64,000 bases of DNA from Macrostomum lignano (taxonomy: Eukaryota): NCBI GenBank assembly GCA_002269645.1, contig NIVC01000303.1, positions 124,001 to 188,000 of the forward strand. Direction: 5' to 3'. Below, in pieces: positions 47,201 to 59,040 of this stretch. The position numbers and the translations under genes are program-made. The notes under the pieces are model-generated. The model had not been told where the DNA came from. It saw only the letters and a list, made by a program, of their open reading frames with translations, and did not search any database. How positions within the stretch are numbered: the first letter of the stretch is position 1; each line of letters begins with the position of its first letter.

Positions 47201-50200
47201 AATAAGCCGGTGAGTGCCAGTTTTGATTGCGGGATTTGGGATTGAGGATTTCAATTATGGGATTTGGGATGGAGGATTTTAGTTGTGGGATTTGGGATAA
47301 GGAATTTCAGTTGTGGCATTTTTGGGATAGGGGATTTCAATTGTGGGATTTGGGATAGGGGATTTCAATTGTGGGATTTGGGATAGGGGATTTCAATTGT
47401 GGGATTTGGGATAGGGGATTTCAATTGTGGGATTTGGGATAGGGGATTTCAATTGTGGGATATTGGATATTGATTCAGTATTGGGTATTTTCATATCAAT
47501 TAATGAAGAGATTAAGGGGATTCCAGCTACCTTCGCCGTACCAAAACCGTGCTCAGATAGTGCACCGGGACAAGCTATCCGCCCATCTGCACGAGATGCA
47601 ATCGGAGATTTTGGCTCTCCGAGAACAGCTGGGCCGCGCGGGCACATCCGCAGGCGGTCCGGACTCGGCCTGGGCCAGCGCCGGTGGAGACGAGGCTCGA
47701 CTGAGATTCGAACTCGATCATCTGCGCTGTCTGGCCGACCGAGCTCGGGCCCTGCTCAGCGGTGATCCTCGGGCAGCTGATTGGATGGAGATGTACGACG
47801 AGTTGGGCAATAAAGTGCCGTCGCTTCCGGACGATTCAACACGGTTGCAGATGGGAGAGCAGAAGCAGGTTGACACTGAGCAGCACAAGAAACTGCAGCA
47901 GGACTTGGAGAAGGCGAGGTTTGTGTACTAATGTTTTTTTGAAAAATTAGATTCGCTGTTTAACACATTTGTTGACTTTTCTCTGATACATCATTGTTAA
48001 AATCGCTCACAAATCATTCTTAAAATCGCTCATAAATCATCCTTAGAATCGCTCATAATCCATTCTTAGAATCGGTCATAATCCATTCTTAGAATCGGTC
48101 ATAATCCATTCTTAGAATCGGTCATAATCCATTTATAAAATCGGTCATAAGACATTCTTAGAATCGGTCATAAGCCATTCATAAAATCGGTCATAATCCA
48201 TTCTTAGAATCGGTCATAATCCATTCTTAGAATCGGTCATAAGCCATTCTTAGAATCGGTTATAAGCCATTCTTAGCGTCGCTCATAAATCATCCTAGAA
48301 TCGCTTATAAACCTTTCTTACGAAGTATAATCGCTCATAAACCATCCTTAGAATCGGTCATAAATTATTCTTTGTATCCATCATAAACGATTTTCGGAAT
48401 CCCTCATAAACCATTCTTGGAATGGCTCAGAAAATATTCTTATAACCGCTTATAGTGATGTGTTCCTTACTACCAAGACTTTATTAGTAATCAAGGAACA
48501 ATCACTTCTAGCTACTGCTAGGCAACCCAGTAATCAAATGAAAGTATTTATTACCTTGAGTCCTGATTATTCGTGCTCTTCCTGTGAGTTGATCTCGTAA
48601 TAGGATCCGATTAGATCAGTTGATCTGGCGCCTTACTTCTTGTCTCTGGTCCAAGTCTCTTTTGTGCTCCTTGACTTCTGCGCCGTAGTGCGGTTTCAGT
48701 TAAGACTCAAACACCTGGCGCAAATGAGTAAGGCTTACCGCAAGAACTCAGCCGAATCTCGTTTGATTTGGTCTGAAGGAAGTCCTTCCATGGCTTCCTC
48801 TTCGGAGCTCTTCTCTCTGTGGAGATTCTGTTGAGGCTCCTGTCCGCTCCGGACCACTTGTATTTATAGAGAAACTGACCCCTCGTGAGGTCGTCGATCA
48901 CATTTCCGTAAATGTCAAAAGGATCACGCCTTGGTTGCTGTCAAGCATGACAGGATAGAAAGTTGAGCAACTAGTCTACTGTAAATGCGCATGATTGGTT
49001 ACTGTAGCTGAGTTATTTTTGATTGGTTCATCCAGTGCAGGCGGCCGAATGATGAATCGCTGTTGGGGTTTGAACTGACAATTGTAGGGCACACGTGATT
49101 GGTGGATTGCAAAAATAGCTTTTATGACTAGTGCTTTTTTCCTATTGGACAAAATTACGCATGTGATTCAGTACTTTATTTTTATTGCTGATACCTAGTA
49201 TGCTACTGAATAAAATATATAAGTAGAATGTTAACAATTTTTATGACTTTTGCGGGAGGCAGAATACTCTACAATAAATCATTATTAGAATCACTCGTAC
49301 ACCATTCTTTGAGTCGGTCATAAATTATTCTTTGTATCCCTCATGAATGATTCTTGGAGTCGGTCATCATAAAAATCGCTCTATATCCTTTAGCATTGCA
49401 TCCATCAGCCATCTGTAGAAAAGCGATTTTCGATACATATCGTCCGTACACTAATTATCCCATCTAACTCGGGCAGGCAAGACCTAGCCAACGACGAGGA
49501 GATCTTCGCTGAGAAAAGCCGCGAAGCCTGGGCCCTCGGCGACCGTTGCCGAGCTCTCGAAGCCGAGCTCGCCGCTGCCAACTCGAAAGCCGCCTATCTG
49601 GAGTCTAAACTCATCGAGAAACAGCAGCAACAACTGGAAGACTTGAACGAAGCCAACGGAGGTGCTGATGTCGGTGGAGATGCTTCCGCTAGCGGCGCGG
49701 GTCCTGCCAGGGCGCAGTCTGTGCCAGCCAGGCATCGCACTGAGCAGAGTCTCCTGCAACAGTCGCTGCTTATGCTGCCAGGTTTGGAGATTTTCTGCTT
49801 TTCTCTGTTCCCTTTTGTCTTCCCCTCTGATCCCCTGTCTTCCCCTCTGATCCCCTGTCTTCCCCTCTGATCCCCTGTCTTCCCCTCTGATCCCCTGTCT
49901 TCCCCTCTGATCCCCTGTCTTCCCCTTTGATCCCCTGTCTTCCCCTCTGATCCCCTGTCTTCCCCTCTGATCCCCTGTCTTCCCCTCTGATCCCCTGTCT
50001 TCCCCTCTGATCCCCTGTCTTCCCCTCTGATTCCCTGTCTTCCCCTCTGATTCCCTGTCTTCCCCTCTGATCCCCTGTCTTCCCCTCTGATTCCCTGTCT
50101 TCCCCTCTGATCCCTTGTCTTCCCCTCTGATCCCCTGTCTTCCCCTTTCTGTGATCCCCTGTCACCCCTTTCACTCTGATCCCCTCTGCTTTCTCTTTTC

Positions 50201-53200
50201 TCCCTACCTCCCCTCCGATCTCCTTTCTTCCCCTCTTTTTCTGATCCCGTCTTCCCCACTCCCATATGAATTGAATCTTGCATCCCAAAATTCGAACCCC
50301 TATCTACCCTGCGTCTATGGCAGCCGATCGAGCGGTTCGCACCTCGCCGGGCCTGTTCGATCTCGACCGAGTGCTGCGCAGTTGCCGGGCCCGAAGCGAG
50401 CTGCTGTTCGCTCAGCTGGACGACAGTGACTCGGCGCTCTGCCACCGGTTCGAGGATGTGGAGAACGCCAAGTCAGATAATGGCGAGCAGAAGCAGCAGC
50501 AGCAGCAATCTTCGCCATTCGTTCGCAAAGGTACATTTCGCTTACACCAGCAGAAGAATGGCGACAAAGCGTCTTCTGCTTCTTCGGCTTCAGTTGCTGC
50601 GGCCGGCTCGGCCAACTCTGGCGCTAATGACGAAGCGAAGCGTCAGTTGAAGGCCAGCCAAATGAAATTAGCGGAAGCTAATCAGAAAGTTCGCGATCTG
50701 CAGCTCAACATCAATATGAAAGAGCAGCTGATTAGAGATTTGGTCAAGTCTAGCAAGCAGACTGCTCAGGTTAATCATAAGTGAGTAGTTTAATTTAATT
50801 GCTCGAACTGAATTAGGAACTAGGGTAATACCTTAATGTAACACCCAGTTAAAATGATAGAAATCCTTGTAACACCTCACTGAAACTACTCTAACAACTC
50901 AAATTAAATCCATTTTGCACCTACCTAAAACAGTGTAACACTCATCTAAATCTCTGTAACACCCCACCCAAACTACTGTAACACCCCACCCAAACTACTG
51001 TAACACTCCACCCAAACCACTGTAACACCCAACCCAAACTACTGTAACACCCAACCCAAACTACTGTAACACCCCACCCAAACTACTGTAACACCCAACC
51101 CAAACTACTGTAACACCCCACACAAACCACTGTAACACCCCACCCAAACACTGTAACACCCCACCCAAACCACTGTAACACCCAACCCAAACTACTGTAA
51201 CACCCACCCAAACTACTGTAACACCCCACCCAAACACTGTAACACCCCACCCAAATCACTGTAACACCCAACCCAAACTACTGTAACACCCCACACAAAC
51301 CACTGTAACACCCCACCCAAACACTGTAACACCCATCCCATCCTCTGTAACACCCACTCAAACCTGTATAACACCCCTATGATCTTCAGTAAAACCCCAA
51401 CAAAACCACTGTAACACCCAACCTAAACTACTGTAACACCCCACCCAAACTACTGTAACACCCCACCCAAACCACTGTAACACCCCACCCAAACACTGTA
51501 ACACCCATCCCATCCTCTGTAACACCCATTCAAACCTGTGTAACACCCCTATGATCTTCAGTAAAACCCCAACAAAACCACTGTAACACCCAACCTAAAC
51601 TACTGTAACACCCCATCTAAAACCACTGCAACACCCCAATAAAGCTACTCTAACAACCCGACTCAAGCCCCTGTAACACCCATTTCCCCCCAGATACGAA
51701 GAGCAGGCCCGCCAGCTGGCCCTGGAGCAGCAGGCCTGCGAGCGCGAACAACGCGAAGCCCAAGCTCGCCTAGACGAACTGGCCAGCGCTCGCCGGTCCA
51801 ACGCATCGGTTGGCAGTTTATCCCGGCTCAAAGCTGAGCACGAAGCTAAGCTAGCCGAATGCGCCGAACGAATGTGTGACATTCGAGCCAGACTGGAAGA
51901 GGCCCAACGATTGGCCGGTATCACCGGGAGCGGTCGGGAACGCCGCGTTGCTGAGCTGGAATCCGCTCTGGATCGAATGCGAGCGGAGCTGAGCGAAGCT
52001 CGCGGCCAATTGGCTGCTGAGGCCGACGCTAAGAAACGATTAGAGGCCGAGTCGCAACGGAGAGGAACTGGCGGCGCTGCTTCGGCCGGTTCAGCGTCTA
52101 AACGGACCAGCCAAGAGCCGGTTGACGAACGGACCGCTTGGCTGGATGCCGAGGTGAGGCTGATTTATTAGGATTTAATTAGGGAGCTATTAGAGGGACA
52201 TTAGGGTTCAATTAGGAAGCTATTAGAGGGATATTAGGGTTCAATTAGGAAGCTATTAGAGGGACATTAGGGTTCAATTAGGAAGCTATTAGAGGGATAT
52301 TAGGGTTCAATTAGGAAGCTATTAGAGGGATATTAGGGTTCAATTAGGAAGCTATTAGAGGGATATTAGGATTCTATATTAAGGAGCTATTAGAGGGATA
52401 TTAGAATTCTCCTAGAAAGCTATTAGAGGAATATTAGGATTCTATAGTAAAGAGCTATTAGAGGGATATTGGGATTCTATTAGAGGGATCTTAGGTTTCC
52501 ATATTAAGGAGCTAGTAGAGGGATATTAGGATTTTATATTAAGGAGCTAGTAGAGGGATATTAGGATTTCATATTAAGGAGCTAGTAAAGGGATATTAGG
52601 GTTCTATACTAGGGAGCTATTAGAGGAATATTAGGATTCTCCTAAGGAGCTATTAGAGGAATATTAGAATTCTATTAGGAAGCTATTAGAGGAATATTAG
52701 GATTCTCCTAAGGAGCTATTAGAGGAATATTAGAATTCTATTAGGAAGCTATTAGAGGGATATTAGGATTCTCCAAAGGAGCTATATTAGATGGATTTTA
52801 GGATTCTATATTAGGGAGCTATTATACGGAATATTAAGATTCTCCTAGGAAGCTATTAGCGGAATGTTAGGATTCTATTAGGAAGCTATTAGAGGGATAT
52901 TTAGGATTCTATTAGGAATTTATTAGAGGGACATTAGAATTCAGTTAAAGAGCCTTGAGACGAATATAGGAATTCTATATTTAGTATATTGTGATTAGGG
53001 GGTTATTAGAGGGACATTCGGATTCTATTAGGGAGCTATGAGCGGGATACTAAGATTATATTAGAAGGCTATTAGAGGGACATTAGAATTCAATTTAAAG
53101 CTGAGTTCAATTGAAACCGTTTTCAATTAGGGAGTTAAGTGCCGAATAGATTTTCATTGGGTTTCGAATAGATTAAGCTGCTCTGAATAAACTTTAGGTC

Positions 53201-56130
53201 TGCTTGGAATTTTTAAATGATTCTATAAGCCTCAAGATCTAATTTAAGAGCAGCTAAACAGTATCAACTGCTAATTTGGACTCTTTCACATCGAGCAGAG
53301 AGTCTGATTGTTTTTTCTCTGACTCGAGTTGGCCGAGTCCTACATTTTTAAGAGCTTCTTTGTTCGATAAAATATCCTAATTAAACTACTGATAGTAGGA
53401 TTTTTTAAAGCTTTATTAATTAGCATTATTGGATAAATGATTGTAAAATTTGATCTTGGCTATTATCAGTAGAAATGAAAGCTTTCTTCAATTTAACTGT
53501 AGATTTCTCAAAATATATTGAAAACAACTACTTTTAGAGCTAGCTGCTCTGTTATTAGTCTATACTTCCTGTATAAACACAAGATTATAAGTTAAGACTA
53601 CAAACATAGAGCAGCTAAACAGTATATCTGGACGGACTCTTTCACATCGAGCAGAGAAATTGGCTCATTTTCTGTCTCGAGTTGGCCGAGTTTGACATTG
53701 TTTCTTTGTTACGTAATCTTTAGCCTTTTAATAGAAAATATTTATCAAATGTCCTAATTTAGCTACTGTAAGTAAAAATAAAAGTTTTTGTATTTAATTT
53801 TTACGAAGAAAATAAAATATTGATTTTAGCTACTAATACTAAAAATATGAACATTTTATTTTACTTCTATGAAAAATATGGTTTAATTTTTCTTTCAGGT
53901 CGAGAAAGCCGTCAAGCAGAGGCAGGAGTTGCGCCAACTCGAAGACGAATTACGCAGTCGCGAAGCGATATTATCGAAGCGCGAAGCTTTGTTAGCTGAA
54001 CGCGCGGAATGCGAGATGACCAGCATGCGGGCTGGGGGCGCCGAGTCTGGTGGCTCCGATCGGCTGCAGGAACTCGACGAAGCTTTGGCCGCCCTTGACG
54101 AAGCCTTGGGTCTGCGCAATGAAGCTATTAGCGCCAGGTTAGTGACGCATGAGCTACGGATCTCGGATTCTTAAAGACTAAAACAGGGCATTCTCCTAGA
54201 TTCTCCTTGCGTTGAGCTGCTTATCTCCCATATCTTCAGGTTTGAAAAGACAACCTCCCAGATTCTTAAGCTAAAACCGACACTCTTCCCAGATCCCTCT
54301 GACACCCTTCCAAGATCCTCAGGCACCCTTCCCAGATCCCTCTGACACCTTTCCCAGATCACTCAGGCACCCTTCCCAGATCCTTAGACACCCTTCCCAG
54401 ATCCTCAGGCACCCTTCCCAGATCCCTCTGACACCCTTCCCAGATCCTCAGGCACCCTTCCCAGATTCTCAGGCACCCTTCCCAGATCCTCAGGCACCCT
54501 TCCCAGATCCCTCTGACACCCTTCCCAGATCCTCAGGCACCCTTCCCAGATTCCTCAGACACCCTTCCCAGATCCCTCTGACACCCTTCCCAGATCCTCA
54601 GGCACCCTTCCCAGATCCTCAGGCACCCTTCCCAGATCCCTCTGACACCCTTCCAAGATCCTCATGCAGCCTTCCCAGATCCTCAGGCACCCTTTCCAGA
54701 TCCCTCAGACACCCTTCCCAGATCCTCAGCCACCCTTCCCAGATCCTCAGGCACCCTTCCCAGATCCCTCTGACACCCTTCCAAGATCCTCATGCAGCCT
54801 TCCCAGATCCTCAGGCACCCTTTCCAGATCCCTCAGACACCCTTCCCAGATCCTCAGCCACCCTTCCCAGATCCTCAGGCACCCTTCCCAGATCCCTCTG
54901 ACACCCTTCCCAGATCCTCAGGCACCCTTCCCAGATCCCTCTGACACCCTTCCCAGATCCTCAGGCACCCTTCCCAGATCCTCAGGCACCCTTCCCAGAT
55001 CCCTCTGACACCCTTCCAAGATCCTCATGCAGCCTTCCCAGATCCTCAGGCACCCTTTCCAGATCCCTCAGACACCCTTCCCAGATCCTCAGCCACCCTT
55101 CCCAGATCCTCAGGCACCCTTCCCAAATCCTTCAGGCACCCTTCCCAGATCCTCAGGCACCCTTCCCAGATCCTCAGGCACCCTTCCCAGATCCTCAGGC
55201 ACCCTTTCCAGATCCCTCAGACACCCTTCCCAGATCCTCAGCCACCCTTCCCAGATCCTCAGGCACCCTTCCCAGATCCCTCTGACACCCTTCCCAGATC
55301 CTCAGGCACCCTTCCCAGATCCCTCTGACACCCTTCCCAGATCCTCAGGCACCCTTCCCAGATCCTTCAGGCACCCTTCCCAGATCCTTCAGGCACCATT
55401 CCAAGATCCTCAGGCACCCTTCCCAGATCCTCAGGCACCCTTCCCAGATCCCTCAGACACCCTTCCCAGATCCCTCAGACACCCTTCCCAGATCCTCAGC
55501 CACCCTTCCCAGATCCTCAGGCACCCTTCCCAGATCCCTCAGACACCCTTCCCAGATCCTCAGCCACCCTTCCCAGATCCCTCAGGCACCCTTCCCAGAT
55601 CCCTCAGACACCCTTCCCAGATCCTCAGCCACCCTTCCCAGATCCCTCAGACACCCTGCCCAGATCCTCAGGCACCCTTCTTAGGTATCAGTAACTGCAA
55701 TTACTTTTCTATACATATCGGCATGCACAGTCATAGCTAGTACACAGCATCCTCAATAAAAATATTTACTCAAACAGAGAAGGTGGCCTGCGCCAGTCGC
55801 AGCTCAGCCTGTCCACCAGCCAGGACGCCCTGTTCACCCGGCTGGGCGCCCTCAGCGCTTCCGAAGCCAAACGACTGGTGGCCGCCAACTTTCGTCGACT
55901 CGTGCAGCTGCGCTCCGCCCTGGCAGAGGAGGAGTCGCGCAGGGCCGAGGCTCGACTTCGGCTAGACGAGCTGGCCAAGGACAAGGAGCGGCTGGAGCGG
56001 AGCCTGCAGAGGGCCAACGGCGAGACTGACAGGCGGATAACCCGGCTGCAGAGCGAGTACGAGGCTCAGGTGAGTGTGCGGCTGTCTGCCTGTCTGCCTA
56101 CCTATGTCTGTCTGTCTGTCTGTCTGCCTA

Positions 56131-56173
<43 letters not shown>

Positions 56174-56242
56174 GTCTGTCTGTCTGTCTGTCTGTCTGTC
56201 TGCCTGTGTCTGTCTGTCTGTCTGTCTGTCTGTTTTAGTGTT

Positions 56243-56285
<43 letters not shown>

Positions 56286-56290
56286 TTTAG

Positions 56291-56337
<47 letters not shown>

Positions 56338-56342
56338 TTTAG

Positions 56343-56413
<71 letters not shown>

Positions 56414-56908
56414 AATGTCCACAGTACATTTCCAGTTCCCTATGTGCAAAGCAGCTCACTCCACACCCGGCAGATCCAGCTGCTAGTAGACCGCCTATCG
56501 ACAGCCGAAGCGGAAGCCGCCCGCCTGCCCCAGACGGAACGCGAGCTGGCGGTCTACAAGAAAACCAGCCGAGAGTTGAAACGCAAAATACGCGACTGGG
56601 TGAGCAGCGGCAGGCTGCTGAACGCGGTGCCAGCGGATCTGGACGAGGTGGCAGCCAGCAGCAGTCACCGTCAGTCGGTTCAACAACCGCCTCAGACGCC
56701 GCAGACTCCTCAGACGCCTCATCAACAACAGCAGCACCAATCGAGTTCTTCTCGCCCGACAAGTGTTCGAGTATCTCGCAAAGAGGTTCGCGAACTGTCT
56801 GCAGAACAGCTGTCAGCCAGGGGCAGTCAGCACCGACAGTCTGCTGGGTCCGGAGCTGCCGCTGCTGCCGCCGCTTCAATAGTGCACGATTCGTTGGATG
56901 ACGATTGA
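35215..56908 (+). CDS. KIF27: Kinesin-4 family motor, KIF27/KIF7-like, 10 exons: 35215-35745, 37672-37893, 46832-47209, 47557-47918, 49477-49781, 50324-50780, 51694-52153, 53899-54137, 55778-56069, 56474-56908 (3681 nt, ~1226 aa)
   Basis: [37 protein letters not shown] (P-loop), NEASSRSH (switch I), DLAGSE (switch II), [22 protein letters not shown]7/27-type stalk and tail motifs [62 protein letters not shown]. All introns are GT-AG and phase-consistent. KIF27 vs KIF7 is not firmly resolvable by eye. Confidence 0.92.
35746..37490. repeat. Kinesin intron 1 minisatellite, 34 bp (GTGAGATTTCCCTACCTGTGAGATCTTGTCTAGA), with a 727-bp higher-order duplication
   Basis: Array starts at the donor GT. 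Rare variants TCTTAACTAG (36381, 37108) and GTGATATTACCC (36426, 37153) are 727 bp apart. Confidence 0.97.
38604..38722. repeat. 37-bp repeat x3.2 (GCCCGCTGCGGTGTAGCAGATGTGATGGCCTGCGAAA) in a GC-rich insert of kinesin intron 2
   Basis: Units at 38604, 38641, 38678, partial at 38715. Confidence 0.85.
39650..40740 (+). pseudogene. Heavily decayed hAT-like transposase remnant
   Basis: Frameshifted fragments GIPVRNFL (cf. xxPVERFL), SDGLANNM (cf. YDGAANM), [15 protein letters not shown] and ITDEILSG (cf. MTDERLSGL) appear in hAT order. Confidence 0.5.
40813..41176 (-). mobile_element. tRNA-derived SINE, second copy, with 14-bp TSD
   Basis: Reverse complement of 22636-22997 with few substitutions; TSD CTTCTGGAAGCCAT at 40799-40812 and 41179-41192; poly(T) at the left end. 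Confidence 0.92.
41320..44879 (-). mobile_element. Possible decayed DNA transposon with remnants of minus-strand coding sequence
   Basis: Weak TIR-like ends CAGTGG..CGTACGCC / GGTACGCCCCACT with GC-rich subterminal palindromes. Minus-strand ATG 44653 (RKKKR-rich), GTAAGC donor and frameshifted Ala/Ser/Glu-rich segments. No TSD found. Confidence 0.3.
45902..46610 (-). pseudogene. Frameshifted PC4/Sub1-like ssDNA-binding protein gene, antisense in kinesin intron 2
   Basis: ORF 46355-46600 [44 protein letters not shown] aligns by eye with the PC4 core (VSVRDFKGKVLIDIREYW...[22 protein letters not shown]). ATG at 46610 (MDLCDGF) is one frameshift away; an acidic/Cys-His tail follows in other frames. 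Confidence 0.65.
47230..47470. repeat. Kinesin intron 3 minisatellite, 28 bp (GGGATTTCAATTGTGGGATTTGGGATAG)
   Basis: Tandem units. Confidence 0.92.
47995..48440. repeat. Kinesin intron 4 minisatellite, 23 bp (AATCGGTCATAATCCATTCTTAG); resumes ~49280-49400
   Basis: Tandem units split by a non-repetitive insert. Confidence 0.9.
49820..50150. repeat. Kinesin intron 5 minisatellite, 20 bp (CCCCTCTGATCCCCTGTCTT)
   Basis: Near-perfect tandem units. Confidence 0.95.
50850..51685. repeat. Kinesin intron 6 minisatellite, ~22-23 bp (CCCACCCAAACTACTGTAACAC)
   Basis: Tandem units running to the acceptor at 51693. Confidence 0.93.
52180..53100. repeat. Kinesin intron 7 minisatellite, ~33 bp (GGGATATTAGGGTTCAATTAGGAAGCTATTAGA)
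   Basis: Tandem units diverging 3'. Confidence 0.93.
53174..53347 (+). ncRNA. Candidate box H/ACA snoRNA (copy B) in kinesin intron 7
   Basis: Hairpin 1 AGCTGCTCT/AGAGCAGCT; H box ACAGTA 53258-53263. Hairpin 2 GGACTC/GAGTCC, pocket TTTCACA/GTTGGCC, upper stem TCGAGCAGAGA/TCTCTGACTCGA. ACA at 53342-53344, 14 nt from the upper stem. Confidence 0.78.
53540..53700 (+). ncRNA. Candidate box H/ACA snoRNA (copy C) in kinesin intron 7
   Basis: Hairpin 1 AGCTGCTCT/AGAGCAGCT; H box ACAGTA 53619-53624. Hairpin 2 GGACTC/GAGTTT (G-U pairs), same pocket, upper stem TCGAGCAGAGAAA/TTTTCTGTCTCGA. ACA at 53695-53697, 14 nt from the upper stem. Confidence 0.75.
54285..55680. repeat. Kinesin intron 8 minisatellite, 21-22 bp (CCCTTCCCAGATCCTCAGGCA)
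   Basis: Tandem units with recurring variant blocks. Confidence 0.96.
56080..56410. repeat. (GTCT)n microsatellite in kinesin intron 9
   Basis: Direct inspection. Confidence 0.97.
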
Positions 56909-56911
56909 TTT

Positions 56912-58020
56912 GGAATCGCCCCTGAGCCAATTTTATAAGAATCGCCCCTGAGCCAATTTTATAAGAATCGCCCCTGAACCAATTTTATATAAGAATCGCC
57001 CCTGAGCCAATTTTATAAGAATCGCCCCTGAGCCAATTTTATAGGAATCGCCCCTGAGCCAATTTTATAAGAATCGCCCCTTAGCCAATTTTATAAGAAT
57101 CGCCCCTGAACCAATTTTATAAGAATCGCCCCTGAGCCAATTTTATAGGAATCGCCCCTGAGCCAATTTTATAGGAATCGCCCCTGAGCCAATTTTATAG
57201 GAATCGCCCCTGAGCCAATTTTATAGGAATCGCCACTGAGCCAATTTTATATAAGAATCGCCCCTGAGCCAATTTTATAGGAATCGCCCCTGAGCCAATT
57301 TTATATAAGAATCGCCCCTGAGCCAATTTTATAGGAATCGCCCCTGAGCCATTTTTATAAGAATCGCCCCTGAGACTATTTTATAAGAATCGCCCCTGAG
57401 CCAATTTTATAGGAATCGCCCCTGAGCCAATTTTATAGGAATCGCCCCTGAGCCTATTTTAAAGGAATCGCCCCTGAAGCCAATTTTATAAGAATCGCCC
57501 CTGAGCCAATTTTATAAGAATCGCCCCTGAGCCAATTTTATAAGAATCGCCCCTGAGCCAATTTTATAAGAATCGCCCCTGAGACTATTTTATAAGAATC
57601 GCCCCTGAGCCAATTTTATAAGAATCGCCCCTGAACCAATTTTATATAAGAATCGCCCCTGAGCCAATTTTATAGGAATCGCCCCTGAGCCATTTTTATA
57701 AGAATCGCCCCTGAGACTATTTTATAAGAATCGCCCCTGAGCCAATTTTATAGGAATCGCCCCTGAGCCAATTTTATAGGAATCGCCCCTGAGCCTATTT
57801 TAAAGGAATCGCCCCTGAAGCCAATTTTATAAGAATCGCCCCTGAGCCAATTTTATAAGAATCGCCCCTGAGCCAATTTTATAAGAATCGCCCCTGAGCC
57901 AATTTTATAGGAATTGACCCTCAGCCAATTTTATAAGAATCGCCCCTGAGCCAATTTTATAAGAATCGCGCCTGAGCCAATTTTATAAGAATCGCAAGAA
58001 TCGCTCCTGAACCAATTTTA
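56912..58020. repeat. 26-bp minisatellite GAATCGCCCCTGAGCCAATTTTATAA immediately after the kinesin stop codon
   Basis: About 42 units starting ~5 nt after TGA 56906-56908. Confidence 0.96.
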
Positions 58021-58025
58021 ATAAA
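58020..58025 (+). terminator. Candidate polyadenylation signal AATAAA for the kinesin gene
   Basis: First AATAAA after the stop, directly at the array end and followed by T-rich sequence. Confidence 0.45.
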
Positions 58026-58710
58026 GTTCTTTCCAATTTTTTTCGCGATTACTTTTTTGAGTTTCAGTGATACCGCCTACTATAAGTACGAGTAGTTTCT
58101 AGGATTTCAGACTATATAAATAACTCATTCATTGCCTACAGCTATGTCCAGGCTGTGTCACTCTTTTCACTTATTCTTGTCACTTTGCCTTAGTAGAATG
58201 CCTGTTTCAAACAAAAAAGTAGCTGACTTGTATAGCAAAAACTATAGCTAAAAATGATTGCAATTTAGTATAGATATATATTGTAATATGATAATTGAGC
58301 TGGCATCTCAATTATTAATTATCTGTGTCGATAATACATAATTTAAGATTTTTGTGAATTGCCATTTCGATTATGATGCACTGTAAAAAGTTGTATACTA
58401 CTTACTATCGCAATTTGTTTCAAGTAGTATACATGTACAAGCAAAACTGTTTTTTTGGCTTTGTCTTTTTCCAGCCTTTTCGATTCAGTAGGAGCATCAT
58501 ATTGTAGAGTCCTAACAACACAGTTTCCGTCCGAGGCTTACACATGATACGCAGTTCTCATCTTAATAGCCTTTTTTATGTTACGTTTTTTAAATGAATT
58601 TTATTTCCTAGAAATTATAATTGTCAGTTGTCACTGTGCTGAACATTTGCAGAAAATTATTGATTTGACTTGGCTTTTTTTCTTTTTTTATTTATCCTGG
58701 GAGGGTGAGT

Positions 58711-58711
<1 letters not shown>

Positions 58712-58776
<65 letters not shown>

Positions 58777-59040
58777 GAGTGGAAGGGTGAGACCGTGAGA
58801 TAAAGAGTGAAGTGAGAGGGTGAGTGGAAGGGTGAGCGAGAGGGTGAGTGGAAGGGTGAGCGAGAGGGTGAGTGGAAGGGTGAGCGAGAGGGTGAGTGGA
58901 AGGGTGAGCGAGAGGGTGAGTGGAAGGGTGAGCGATGTTGAGCGAGAGGGTGAGCGATGTTGAGCGAGAGGGTGAGTGGAAGGGGCTCGAGTGGAAGGGT
59001 GAGCGAGAGGTTGAGTGGAAGGGTGAGACCGTGAGATACT
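58712..59040. repeat. (GA)n microsatellite followed by a 24-bp purine-rich minisatellite (GAGTGGAAGGGTGAGCGAGAGGGT)
   Basis: Direct inspection. Confidence 0.92.

Noticed and set aside
53176-53257. 18S rRNA target (AGUUAUAGUUUAUU-like) for the 5' hairpin of snoRNA copy B
   Set aside because: The pairing needs ~18 nt spacing to the H box (canonical 14-16), disrupts the upper stem, and the pocket is not conserved in copy C.
53380-53540. Additional H/ACA RNA between copies B and C
   Set aside because: A hairpin (CTACTGATA/TATCAGTAG) and an ANANNA are present, but no ACA box follows the second weak hairpin.
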